Source: an uncultured Planctomycetota bacterium (GTDB taxonomy: Bacteria > Planctomycetota > Planctomycetia > Isosphaerales > Isosphaeraceae). Taken from it: a stretch of 64,000 bases of DNA. Under the pieces are notes generated by a model, which saw nothing but the letters and a program-made list of their open reading frames with translations, searched no databases and was not told the DNA's origin. Positions 10,386 to 20,800 of the stretch are shown one piece after another. How positions within the stretch are numbered: position 1 is the first letter of the stretch; each line of letters starts with the position of its first letter. The DNA lies in the NCBI GenBank assembly GCA_963823665.1, contig CAWGMQ010000006.1, positions 576,001 to 640,000 on the forward strand. The letters are read 5' to 3'. The position numbers and the translations under genes were made by a program.

Positions 10386-11722
10386 GGGCGATCAACGGGT
10401 TGTAGGCCAGGTTCCAGCCCGATTCGCCGGAGTTGCTGCTGAAGCCTCATCATTTCAGCTTCCTCTTCGTCCGTGCGGTTAGGGTTGGTCGCGATATAGC
10501 CATATCGATAGAGTGCTTCGCCGGTATCGCTCGGAAAGAGCCTGTCTATTCCGAAAAACGTTTGATAAATCTGACTCCCGCTCAGAAGAGCCGGGCTTTC
10601 GCCCGCCAGCTCGTAGGTGACATTTCCCGCCCCGTTGAGTTTCAAATGAATAATCTCGTCTTTCTCAAGGCCCGGGAGCAGCATCGGGGAATGAGTCGTG
10701 ACGACAAACTGAATTCTAGGGAATGTTGCTTTCAGCGCTCGAACTAGACCGACTTGCCAAAGTGGGTGAAGATGTAGGTCCAACTCGTCGATAAGAACTA
10801 GCCCTTCCATTTCGCTGAGATCTACGTCGGCCTGCGCGTCCCAGAACATCTGGCCTACGACATCGGCAAGCCATGAGATGGTTGCCTGGTAGCCCTGGGA
10901 TAGCCAAGTCGCTGGCACACGAACGATTTCCCCGCCCGACCTGAACTCAAAGCGATGCGACTCGACTAGGTGCTTGGCGGATTTGACTCCTCCCTTTCCG
11001 CGCAACTCTAATCGGTCGATGCGCGGTAATATCCCGGCATGGTCCAGAAGTGAATGCTGTAAAACACGGGCATAGGATTTGACCAGTTTTTCCTGCAATA
11101 GATCTGCGAAGCCGGTTCCGACAATGCGTCCGCGGTCAAATAGTGATGCAAGTCGCTCTAGTGCCGGCGAGCTGATGCTTTCGGCGCTGAAGGGCAATGG
11201 AAGCGAGCGCGCTGTGCCATAGCCTGCTACGAACCAATAAGGTAGCCCCTTCCCCCTCGCTTCCTTTAACGGATCTGGCGCCAGCGCATTTCTCCGACGG
11301 CGATTTGTTTCAAGGGAATTCTCATCACTGGAAGTGAGATATTGAGAGTCTCCTTGAAATAGCGACCAACCGGATTGGATTGTCACCGACGACCTCAGGC
11401 CGATTGGCTTACTCTGACTACCATTTAGGCCAGGATACGTCCTCTTATCTTTGCATCTCGTGCCGAACTCGAATGCTGCGTCGATTTGGACTACTGCTTG
11501 CTTTTTCCGTCTGTCGGGTAACGCAGGGATGATCTCCTGGAAAAAATTAGCGCTATCTGCACCAATTGCTGCTAGCGCGATTGCTTGAAGGATAGATGTC
11601 TTGCATAGTCCGTTCTCTCCGACAAGGACAGTCCACATCCGAGGACCACTGGGCCCAGAGAAGGGTAGTCGCATATCACTTATCAGCTTCATGTTCTCAA
11701 TATTAATAGATTTAATGTACAT
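10382..11722 (-). CDS. ABC-type (AAA_21-like) ATPase, PtuA-like
   Basis: MYIKSINIEN start, Walker A GENGLCKT, signature LSQGY, Walker B/D-loop VLIDELDLHLHP, H-loop TTHSP. Confidence 0.85.
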   Translation of the reverse strand: MYIKSINIENMKLISDMRLPFSGPSGPRMWTVLVGENGLCKTSILQAIALAAIGADSANFFQEIIPALPDRRKKQAVVQIDAAFEFGTRCKDKRTYPGLNGSQSKPIGLRSSVTIQSGWSLFQGDSQYLTSSDENSLETNRRRRNALAPDPLKEARGKGLPYWFVAGYGTARSLPLPFSAESISSPALERLASLFDRGRIVGTGFADLLQEKLVKSYARVLQHSLLDHAGILPRIDRLELRGKGGVKSAKHLVESHRFEFRSGGEIVRVPATWLSQGYQATISWLADVVGQMFWDAQADVDLSEMEGLVLIDELDLHLHPLWQVGLVRALKATFPRIQFVVTTHSPMLLPGLEKDEIIHLKLNGAGNVTYELAGESPALLSGSQIYQTFFGIDRLFPSDTGEALYRYGYIATNPNRTDEEEAEMMRLQQQLRRIGLEPGLQPVDRP

Positions 11723-11839
11723 CTAGCGAGACCGAAAGCCCCCCCCCCTCGATTCGACAGAGTGCAGTATGTCGAAGGTAGTGTAACAGGTTTCCGATGT
11801 CCGGCTCGTGTCTGTTCCGTAGGACGAGCCAAGAAGCTA

Positions 11840-13791
11840 TCACCCCAGATGTTGCGTCGGGATCTCCGCGGTACTACGGTGTCGCAGGCCTTCATTCTGC
11901 CACCCGGCCCCGACCGGCACCAGGCGTGACGACTCCTCGTCCGCGGCTTCCTGGCTGGTCTGCGCATCCGGCCCAGGCGGCGGTCGAACGACCGAAGCGC
12001 CAGCCAGTACATCGCGCCGGCGGCGGCCCAGGCCAGCAGGCACCAGGCGGACATGATGACCCAGAACTGCCAGCGGCGAGCGTCGGCGCTATCCAGCGCC
12101 TGGATGGTCGTGATCGGCGCGGCCACGGGGCTGAAGGCCAGGATGCCCATCTCGATCCAGATCAGGTCGCTGGCGTCGATGTTGTACTGCGCCGTGAGCC
12201 AGATGGTCAGTGCCGGCAGGATCACAATTCCCGCCAGGAAGAGCCAGCCGAAGGAGAGCAGCAGGAAGACGGCCAGGCTGGTTCCGATGGCGCGGCCGAC
12301 CCGGGGCGTCCAGGTCGCCAGCAGCAGCCCCAGGCTGGTGAACGCTGCGCCCCAGGAGAGTATCTCCGCGACGATCAGCACGGGGGCGAGCACGCGATCG
12401 GCCAGGCCGATTGGCCCGATCGGGGTGCCGGCCAAGCCCGCGCGTAGGCGCAATGGGACGTCGGGGGATGTGGCGGCGATCACCGCCGCGGCGATGCCGG
12501 GCAGGACCACGAGCCAGAGCACCACCCGGTATGTGCCCATCCACTTGCCCCAGACGATCGCCCGCGTCGAGATCGGTGCGGCCATCAGCACGTCGAGACT
12601 GCCACGGGTGCGCTCTTCGCCCAAGGCCGTCGGCGCCTGGACGCTCACCAGCATCAGACCGAACACCGATTGCAGGATGACCGCGGTGTGGATCATGAAG
12701 CCGCCGGTCATGGTCCCGATTCCGTGGACGAACACGTCGTGGATTCCGATTCCCGTCACGAGAACGCCGCTGATCCACAAGAGGCTCCAGAGGATCCGCG
12801 CCATCCGGGACGGCTTGGATCGGTGCCATTCGCGCCAGAGCACGGGGTTGCCGTCGAGCGACGGGCCGGGGAGCCGCTCCATCCATCGCCGGATCGCCGC
12901 CATCCTCGCGCCGAGCCACGGCAGCCCCAGCCGCGGGATCCGGAGGTTCCACCCGCGACGGCTGACCTCACCCGGCAGCACGAACCGCCGCAGGCGGGCG
13001 ATCGTCCCCGCCAGCATCGCGGCCGAGATCGCCAGCGACGCGGCGACGAAGAGCCCGACTGCAAGCAGGCCGAAATGGCCCGGCCAGGAATAGGGTGCAA
13101 AGACCAGCACATACGGATTGGTCGCGAAGAACCAGTCCGGCGGCGGGGGCAGCCTATACGCACGCGCGAGCCCGCCCCAGAGCGGGAGGCTCAAGAGCCA
13201 GAACGCCACCAGCGCCAGCACCGCCATGACAACCTCATGCGTCTTGGCGACCTCGACCGAGATCGACATCGCCAGCGAGCATCCCAGCACCGCGACTGCC
13301 GCCGAGACGGCGAATAGCCCCACGACCGCCTCGCCGTCGATGCCGCCCAGAAGCGCCGCCAGCGAGACCACCGGCAGGGCGCAAGCGAGAAGAGCCAGGA
13401 TCGGCGCCAGCCGCGAAAACAGCTTACCCAGCACGATTTCGGAGTCGGAGAGATCCGTGGTCGCCATCTGCGCCAGGACTCCCCGGGCGCGGTCCTGGCA
13501 GATCGCCCCGGCGGTCGCCGCCGGGGCCACCAGGAGCACGATCGAGAGCTGGATGCCCGTGATCGCGTAGAAGAACGACACCCCGGCTCTCGCCATCGTC
13601 TCGATCGCGCCCGGCTGGGTCCCGAACGGCTGCCCGAACCCAGGACCGTTGACATTGTTCCACCACGCGATCCAAAGGCCCACCAGGATGGCCAGAACGA
13701 AGAGCATCCGGCCTGCGTAGAACCCCCGCCGTCGCGCGAGAATCAGCGACTCGTACACGAACACCGGCCCCGGCCCGATCCGGCTCGACAT
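11840..13791 (-). CDS. ABC-2 type transporter permease (planctomycete duplicated-domain type), 1-bp frameshift near 11961
   Basis: Many TM segments and twin motifs DRARGVLAQMATTDLS / ERTRGSLDVLMAAPIS..IVWGK. The copy at 1141-1281 shows one C missing at ~11961; restoring it moves the stop to 11840 and removes the overlap with the ATPase. Confidence 0.8.
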
Positions 13792-13830
13792 CGCGCGGCC
13801 CCCCCGTGCAGTGTACCGATCCGAGAAGCA

Positions 13831-14147
13831 TCATCCGGCAATCAGTCGAGCACGCGTCTGCTCGGCCTCTTCGACGGGCGTCACGCCGAAGAGCCGCTTG
13901 AACTCGCGGCTGAACTGCGACGGGCTCTCGTAGCCGACCGCCCTCGCCGCGGTGCTCGCGTTGTGGCCGTCGTGCGCCATCAGCCGCCTCGCCTGGTCGA
14001 GCCGGATTGGGCCGGGGCCCGCGGCACTGACTTCGAGACGCGGCTCACCTCCACGCCTTCGACGAGCGTCCGATGCGTTCCCTCGTGAATCGCCACCTCG
14101 CCAAGTAGGCTGGCGAGCCGCTTGCGATTGTCGCTCTGGCCCTTCAT
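13831..14147 (-). pseudogene. AraC-family (YqhC-like) regulator with most of the middle deleted
   Basis: RBS GGAGGT and [15 protein letters not shown]...SVPRAP are joined out of frame at ~14008 to the HTH end [10 protein letters not shown]...[21 protein letters not shown]. Confidence 0.85.
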
Positions 14148-14175
14148 TTGTACCTCCGGTCTTGCTCGGGCTACT

Positions 14176-14240
14176 AGAGGATCAGGATACGATATTCCCG
14201 GGTTCAGTGGGTAGTTTTCCTGGCTCGCAAGAGGATCAGG
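14176..14240. promoter_or_regulatory. AGAGGATCAGG direct repeats, candidate AraC binding sites
   Basis: Identical 11-mers at 14176-14186 and 14230-14240 between the divergent AraC and AKR genes. Confidence 0.45.
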
Positions 14241-14337
14241 CAAACCTTTTGGAGGAACGGTTCTTTCCGAATCCTGGCCGCGCGCCTCTAATTAACCTCG
14301 GAGAGCGGGACGCGAGAGCATCCCGAGCGAAGGGTGA

Positions 14338-14748
<411 letters not shown>

Positions 14749-14767
14749 AACTGCGAAGGAGGACACG

Positions 14768-15163
14768 ATGGAAATCACGCGAATAGGGTCGCAGGCGTCT
14801 GCCAAAGGACCGGCCGATTGGTTCACCGGTGCGGTCCGCATCGACCGGCTGTTTCAGCCACACGCGCCGGCACGGGCGGCCGGTGCCAGCGTCACGTTCG
14901 AGCCCGGGGCCCGGACGGCATGGCACACCCATCCGCTCGGGCAGACGCTGATCATCACGGCCGGCTGCGGCTGGGTGCAACGGGAGGGCGGGCCGGTCGA
15001 GGAGGTCCATCCCGGCAACGTGGTCTGGTTCTCGCCGGGGGAGAAGCACTGGCACGGCGCGACGGCGACCATGGGTATGACGCACATCGCGATCCAGGAG
15101 CAGCTTGACGGCAAAGTGGTCGATTGGCTGGAGCACGTGAGCGACGAGCAGTATCGTAAGTAG
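14768..15163 (+). CDS. Cupin-domain protein
   Basis: [16 protein letters not shown]...GEKHWHGA...[16 protein letters not shown]. Confidence 0.9.
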   Translation: MEITRIGSQASAKGPADWFTGAVRIDRLFQPHAPARAAGASVTFEPGARTAWHTHPLGQTLIITAGCGWVQREGGPVEEVHPGNVVWFSPGEKHWHGATATMGMTHIAIQEQLDGKVVDWLEHVSDEQYRK

Positions 15164-15258
15164 CCAAACGATGCGCGAACCGATCCGTGGTCGGGCCGGA
15201 TTTTTTGCGCGCCCGCGCTCATTTCCGGCGGGATCGATGCACTAATCTCATGCCGTGA

Positions 15259-15825
15259 GTGAACTCCTCGGTTCTCCGGAGAGGTCCCATCGTGCAACGT
15301 TCCGATGCGGAGCTCGTCGCGGCCGCCCTCCGGGGAGACCAGGCGAGTTTCGGCTTGCTGTACGAGCGCCACTATCGCCTGGCGGTCGGGGTCGCGCGCG
15401 GCCGGCTCTCAGACATCCACCTGGCGGAAGACGCTGCGCAGGAGGCGTTCGTGATCGCTCACCGCACACTGGCGACTCTCCGTGATCCCCGCCGGTTTCC
15501 CGAGTGGCTGGGGACGATCTGCCGGCGGACAGCCTCTCGTCTGGACACCTGCCGGATCCTCCACGAGCCGTTGCCCGACGCGCCGGAGTTTGCCGGTGAT
15601 CCCGACCTGGCGGCGCTGCGACTTCAAGTGCAGGAAGCGCTCCAGCTTCTGGACGAGGCCTCGCGCGAGATCGTCGTACTCCATTACTTCAGCGGGCTCT
15701 CGTACAAGGAGATCGGCCGGGCGCTGGGCCTCTCGGTCCAGAGCGTCCACGGGCGGCTGCAACGGGCGCGAAGCAGACTTTCCGGGCTCCTCGGTTCACG
15801 CGATTCAACAGGGACCAGGTCATGA
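15259..15825 (+). CDS. ECF RNA polymerase sigma factor
   Basis: SDAELV, AEDAAQEAF and region 4 LHYFSGLSYKEIG...VHGRLQRAR. Confidence 0.9.
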   Translation: MNSSVLRRGPIVQRSDAELVAAALRGDQASFGLLYERHYRLAVGVARGRLSDIHLAEDAAQEAFVIAHRTLATLRDPRRFPEWLGTICRRTASRLDTCRILHEPLPDAPEFAGDPDLAALRLQVQEALQLLDEASREIVVLHYFSGLSYKEIGRALGLSVQSVHGRLQRARSRLSGLLGSRDSTGTRS

Positions 15826-17162
15826 ACCCTCCGCTTCCGGACGAGAGCTGGGAGGATCGTCTCCGGGCGGGCCTGGGCGAATGTCCCTCGCCCGACTTCA
15901 AAGGCTGGTGCGCCCGCAATGGCGACGCCCTCTCGGCCCCCGAGCCGTCACCCTCCCGTCGATCGATCCCTCACTGGAGAATACTCATGAATCGTTCAAG
16001 CTGGATTGCCGCATCGCTTCTGCTGGTGTTGGGGCTCTTCTGGGTCTACCCCTGGGGGAGCCTCGGCCGCGGCGCCTTCGCCGAGACCATCCCCGGGGTC
16101 GACAGCCCCGGAACCATCACGTGGACCACCACCTACTACTCGCGCGTGACGAGCGCCGACAAAAAGAGGACCTGGCTCCACGAGGAACGTCGATTCCACG
16201 CCTATCGACACCCTGGCCAGTACCGCGAGACCTTTCTGGACAAGACGGGCAAGCCAAAGCGCATCGAGATCACCGACGCGCGGGTGGCACGGATGCTCGT
16301 GCTGGATCCGAAGGAGAAGAAGGCCGTCCTGAAAACGCCTCAAGGCTATCCCGACGTTCGGGGGCCGTTCGCCTGGGTCGGCGAGGCGCTCCGCGATCGC
16401 GTGGTTGCCAAGGTGCTGCGCGTGAAGTCCCTCTCGCTTGAGGGGACCAGGGAGATTGACGGGATCCAGGCCAATGTCGTCCGGGCCATGATCGTTGAGA
16501 ACGAGGATCGAGGTCCGGTACGTCGCGACTTCCTGTTCGACACCAAGTCGAAGCGGCTGGTCGCGATCTATATCACGAATGAGAGCGACTTCGATCCCGA
16601 GACCGCGCCGGAGCGGAAGCAGGCCGCCGAGGAAAAGACTTCGATTTTGCGGCCCGTCGCAGGCTTGGAGCACGAGATCGTCCTGGACCCAAAGCTCGAC
16701 GCGGCAGATTTTCGCCTCGATCCCCCGGCCGGATACGCCTACGAGGCGCAGGCCAAGCCCACAATCACCGAGGAAGAGATGGTCTCTTACCTGGGGGCGG
16801 CCGCGCGGTTCAACGGCGGCGTCTTCCCCGACTCACCGTACGCGGCGTTCGACCAGCCAAAGTTCAATGCAGCCTCCATGAAGCCCGACAATGACCGGAC
16901 GCCCGCCGAACGAGAGCTGGTCGGGCTCCACGACAAGTTCCTCATCCGCGAGGTCTTCACTCCGCCGCTCCGGCGGTTCGTGGAGGACCACACCGAGCCC
17001 GCCTCGTTCCATTACGTCGGCGCGGGGGCCACGGTCGGCCAGGCCAATCGGTTAATCTGCTGGTTCACGACGAAGGGAACGACAAAACACCGGGCCGTGT
17101 TCGCGGACCTCTCGGTTCGCGACGTCGAACGCTCGGAACTCCCGCTCGACCTCGCTCCATGA
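15822..17162 (+). CDS. Putative anti-sigma factor (single TM, LolA-like extracytoplasmic domain)
   Basis: ATGA-coupled to the ECF. TM segment WIAASLLLVLGLFWV; DPKLDAADFRLDPPAGY motif. Confidence 0.65.
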   Translation: MNPPLPDESWEDRLRAGLGECPSPDFKGWCARNGDALSAPEPSPSRRSIPHWRILMNRSSWIAASLLLVLGLFWVYPWGSLGRGAFAETIPGVDSPGTITWTTTYYSRVTSADKKRTWLHEERRFHAYRHPGQYRETFLDKTGKPKRIEITDARVARMLVLDPKEKKAVLKTPQGYPDVRGPFAWVGEALRDRVVAKVLRVKSLSLEGTREIDGIQANVVRAMIVENEDRGPVRRDFLFDTKSKRLVAIYITNESDFDPETAPERKQAAEEKTSILRPVAGLEHEIVLDPKLDAADFRLDPPAGYAYEAQAKPTITEEEMVSYLGAAARFNGGVFPDSPYAAFDQPKFNAASMKPDNDRTPAERELVGLHDKFLIREVFTPPLRRFVEDHTEPASFHYVGAGATVGQANRLICWFTTKGTTKHRAVFADLSVRDVERSELPLDLAP

Positions 17163-17250
17163 TCTCTTCGCGCAGCGGGTTTTCCGTTGAGGGAGCGCGG
17201 GAATCGGACGGAAGGAGTAGTCTTGGCCTCCCAACTTCGTTGAGCGGCTT

Positions 17251-17481
17251 CTATATGGGGCCGCCAGGATCGATCGCCCACAAAGCCCGCATTGCGGCTT
17301 CCTGGCGTTCTTCCTCCCTGAGCTTACGAGCCAATGCCCGTTGCCGCTCAGCCGCCTCGATCGCTTCCACCTCGGCTGGTGTGAAGAGCAACTCAGCGGG
17401 CAATTGTGCCCCGCAGAAGCTGCACAGCTTGTTCCTCCGGCTGAGGATCGAACGGCTGCAAGCGGGGCATTGATAAGCCAT
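17251..17481 (-). CDS. Small zinc-ribbon protein
   Basis: MAYQCPAC...KLCSFCG followed by a charged helical tail. Confidence 0.55.
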   Translation of the reverse strand: MAYQCPACSRSILSRRNKLCSFCGAQLPAELLFTPAEVEAIEAAERQRALARKLREEERQEAAMRALWAIDPGGPI

Positions 17482-17821
17482 CTGGGCCTCGAGGGTGAGG
17501 GTCGAACCAAGATCAATCGCCCCTCTCCCTCCCAATCTAACCTATTTCGGAAGACAATTCCGCTTTGGTTCCCTCGTGCTCCCAGAAGATCGGCTCCGTC
17601 CGGGTGAGCGGCCTTCCAAGGACGGCAACCGGGGCTTCGGAAGATATGACCGACGCGCGCATCGCTCCTGCCCTACGCCTCCGGCGCACGATCCCAGAGC
17701 GGAACACAGTGCCGGTGTTGAAATCGATCCGTGAGGCCCAGGATCAATCATTCGGAATCCGTGATACACTGTACCCCCTGCACAGGGCATTGACAGTGCA
17801 GCCCAATCCAGGAGGTCCGCA

Positions 17822-20800
17822 GTGGCCATCGACGCCGCGCGAGCACACTCCCTGTTCCTGGCCGCGTCGGACCTGTCCGATCCGGCGGAGCGCGCCACCT
17901 TCCTCGACCGTGAGTGTGGCGATGACGCCGAGCTCCGAGAGCGGATCGAGGCGTTGCTCCGGGCCAACGACGCCTCGCCACGACCACCCCCTGGAACAGA
18001 CGATGCGACGGTCGACTCCCACGCGGGGCGACCACGGTCGGAAGCAACCGGCGTGCCGATGCCGATCCCTGGGGCGTACGTCTCGCCGCCCTCCATCACG
18101 GCCGATTATCGATCCGACGCCGAGCCGAACGTCCTCATCGCGGGTCGCTTTACGCTCCAAGAAAAAATCGGTGAAGGAGGCATGGGCGAGGTTTGGGTCG
18201 CCAAGCAGTCTGAGCCGGTCAAACGCAAAGTCGCGCTCAAACTCATCAAGACCGGCATGGATTCTCGGGCCGTGCTTCAGCGCTTCGAGCAAGAACGCCA
18301 GGCCCTGGCGATCCTGGATCACCCCAACATCGCCAAGGTCCTCGACGCGGGCCTGACGCCGAGCGGCCAGCCGTTCTTCGCGATGGAGCTGGTCAACGGG
18401 TTGCCGCTTACCAAGTTTTGCGACGCAGCCCGGCTTCCCACAAAAGAGCGCCTCGAGCTTTTCGTCACCATCTGCCAGGCGGTGCAGCATGCGCATCACA
18501 AAGGCATCGTTCACCGCGACCTCAAACCGGCCAACATCCTGATCACGACGATCGATGCCAAACCGGTGCCCAAAATCATCGATTTTGGCGTGGCCAAGGC
18601 GATGGCGGGCAAGCTGACCGACGAATCGCTGTCGACACAATTCGGAGCCATCGTCGGCACGCTGGAATACATGGCGCCGGAGCAAGCCGCGTTCTCCGCT
18701 GAAGACATCGACACGCGAGCTGACATCTATTCCCTCGGCGTCATCCTCTACGAGCTGCTGACCGGCCTCCGTCCCTTCGACGCCAAGCGCCTGCGAGAGG
18801 CGGCTCTCACGGAGATGATCCGGATCATCCGGGAGGAGGACCCTTCGAAACCGAGCACCCGGCTCTCGACGAACGAAGCGCTTTCCTCCATGGCGGCGTT
18901 GCGTCAAGTCGAGCCGCGCAAGCTGATGGCGATCTTGCGCGGCGAGCTCGACTGGGTGGTGATGAAGTGCCTGGAAAAGCATCGCGAGCGTCGCTACGAA
19001 ACGGCCAACGGCCTGGCTCGCGACATTCAGCGTTATCTGGCTGATGAGCCGGTGGAAGCACGGCCGCCGAGCCCGGGATATCGCTTGCACAAATTCGTGA
19101 CCCGCAACAAGGGACAGGTCATCGCGGTGAGTTTGCTTTTCCTCGCATTGCTCGCTGGGATCACGGGGACCACGTTTGGCCTGTTTCGCGCCGAGGCTGC
19201 CAAGCGGGCCGAAGCCGGGCAGCGGGCTCAGGCGGTGCTGGAACGAGACAAGGCGATCGAGGCGGAGCGGCAAACCGGCATCGAGCGCGACAAAGCGATT
19301 GAAGCCGAGCGGCAAACCGGCATCGAGCGCGACAAAGCGATTGCAGCCGAGCGGCAAACCGGCATCGAGCGTGACAAGGCGATCGCGGCCGATGCGAAGT
19401 CCAAGGCGATCAATGAGTTCCTGACCGAGGACCTACTGACCCAGGCCGAGCCGGCGAACAACGCCGTGGAGGACCACGTCACGCTCCTGGAAGTCCTCGA
19501 CCGCGCGGCGGAGAAGGTGGGAACGCGGTTCGAGAGCCAGCCGGAGCTCGAAAGAGCCGTCCGCTTGACGATCGCGAGCGCTTATCACAGTCTGGCCTCG
19601 TGGGAAAAGGCCGAAACGCAAGCTCGGGTTTTGTTCGATTCGGCGCGGAAACACGACCCACACTCGGCTCAGACCTATAAATTTCAGGGGAACCTTGCCT
19701 ACGTCTTTCTCCAGCGCGGCCGACGAGACGCGGAGCTGCTGAAGATGGCGGAAGCAGCCGCCAAGGGGCTCGAGCGCACTCAGGGCCCCGACCACCCCGA
19801 CACGCTCTATAGCCTGAGCCACCTCGCCATGGCGTATGAGGATGCCGGCCAGCTCAACCTGGCCCTGCCGCTCTTCGAGCAGACGCTGAAGCTCCAGAGA
19901 GCCAAGGTCGGCCCCGAGCATCCCCAAACGCTCTCCACCATGAACAACCTCGCCTCGGCATATGCGGCTGCCGGCAAGCCGGACCTGGCACTGCCTCTGT
20001 TCAAGCAGACGCTCGAGCTCACGAAAGCCAAGTTCGGCCCCGACCATCCGCACACGCTCACGAGCGTGAACAACCTCGCCCATGCCTACACGCCTGCCGG
20101 GAAGCTCGACCTGGCGCTGCCGATGTTGAAGGAAACGGTCAAGCGCGCGAAAGCTAAACTTGGGCCCGAACATGATGCCACTCTCGCCACCATGAGCAAC
20201 CTCGCGTCGGCTAACCAGGCTGCCGGGAATCTGGACCTGGCCCTGCCGCTCTTCGAGGAGACGCTGAAGCTCATGACGGCCAAACTCGGCCCAGAACATC
20301 CCGCCACGCTCACCAGCATGAACAGTCTCGCAGGCGCCTACCGGGCTGCCGGCGAGGTGAACCAGGCCCAGCAGCTCTTGGAGGAGGCGCTGAAGCTCGT
20401 CAAAGCCAAGCTCGGCCCGGATCATCCCGACACGCTCACGACCATGAACAACCTCGCAGTAACCTACGACGACGCGGGCAAGCTCGACCTGGCTGTGTGG
20501 CTCCAGGAGGAGGCGCTGAAGCTCCAGAAAGCCAAGCTCGGCCCCGAACATCCGGCAACGCTCACCAGCATGAGCAACCTCGCCCTGTCCTACACGGCTT
20601 TCGGCGAGGTCGACCTGGCACTGCCGCTCTTGGAGGAGGCGCTGAAGCTCCAGAAAGCCAAACTCGGCCCCGAACATCCCTCCACGCTCAGCACCATGAA
20701 CAACCTCGCTTTGGCCTATGACTCGGCGGGCAAGCGCGACGCGGCCCTGCAGCTCAAGACGGAGACGCTGGAGCTCCGGAAAGCCAAGCTTGGCCCCGAA

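Noticed and set aside
9579..11840. Complete retron
   Set aside because: No reverse transcriptase (YADD motif) is recognisable in the window, and the upstream gap is only ~115 bp.
11689..11840. Permease C-terminal extension overlapping the ATPase gene
   Set aside because: Explained by a 1-bp deletion at ~11961, revealed by the paralogous fragment at 1141-1281.
17491..17531. GAGGGTGAGGG...CCCTCTCCCTC inverted repeat
   Set aside because: A single short imperfect hairpin with no supporting copies in the window.
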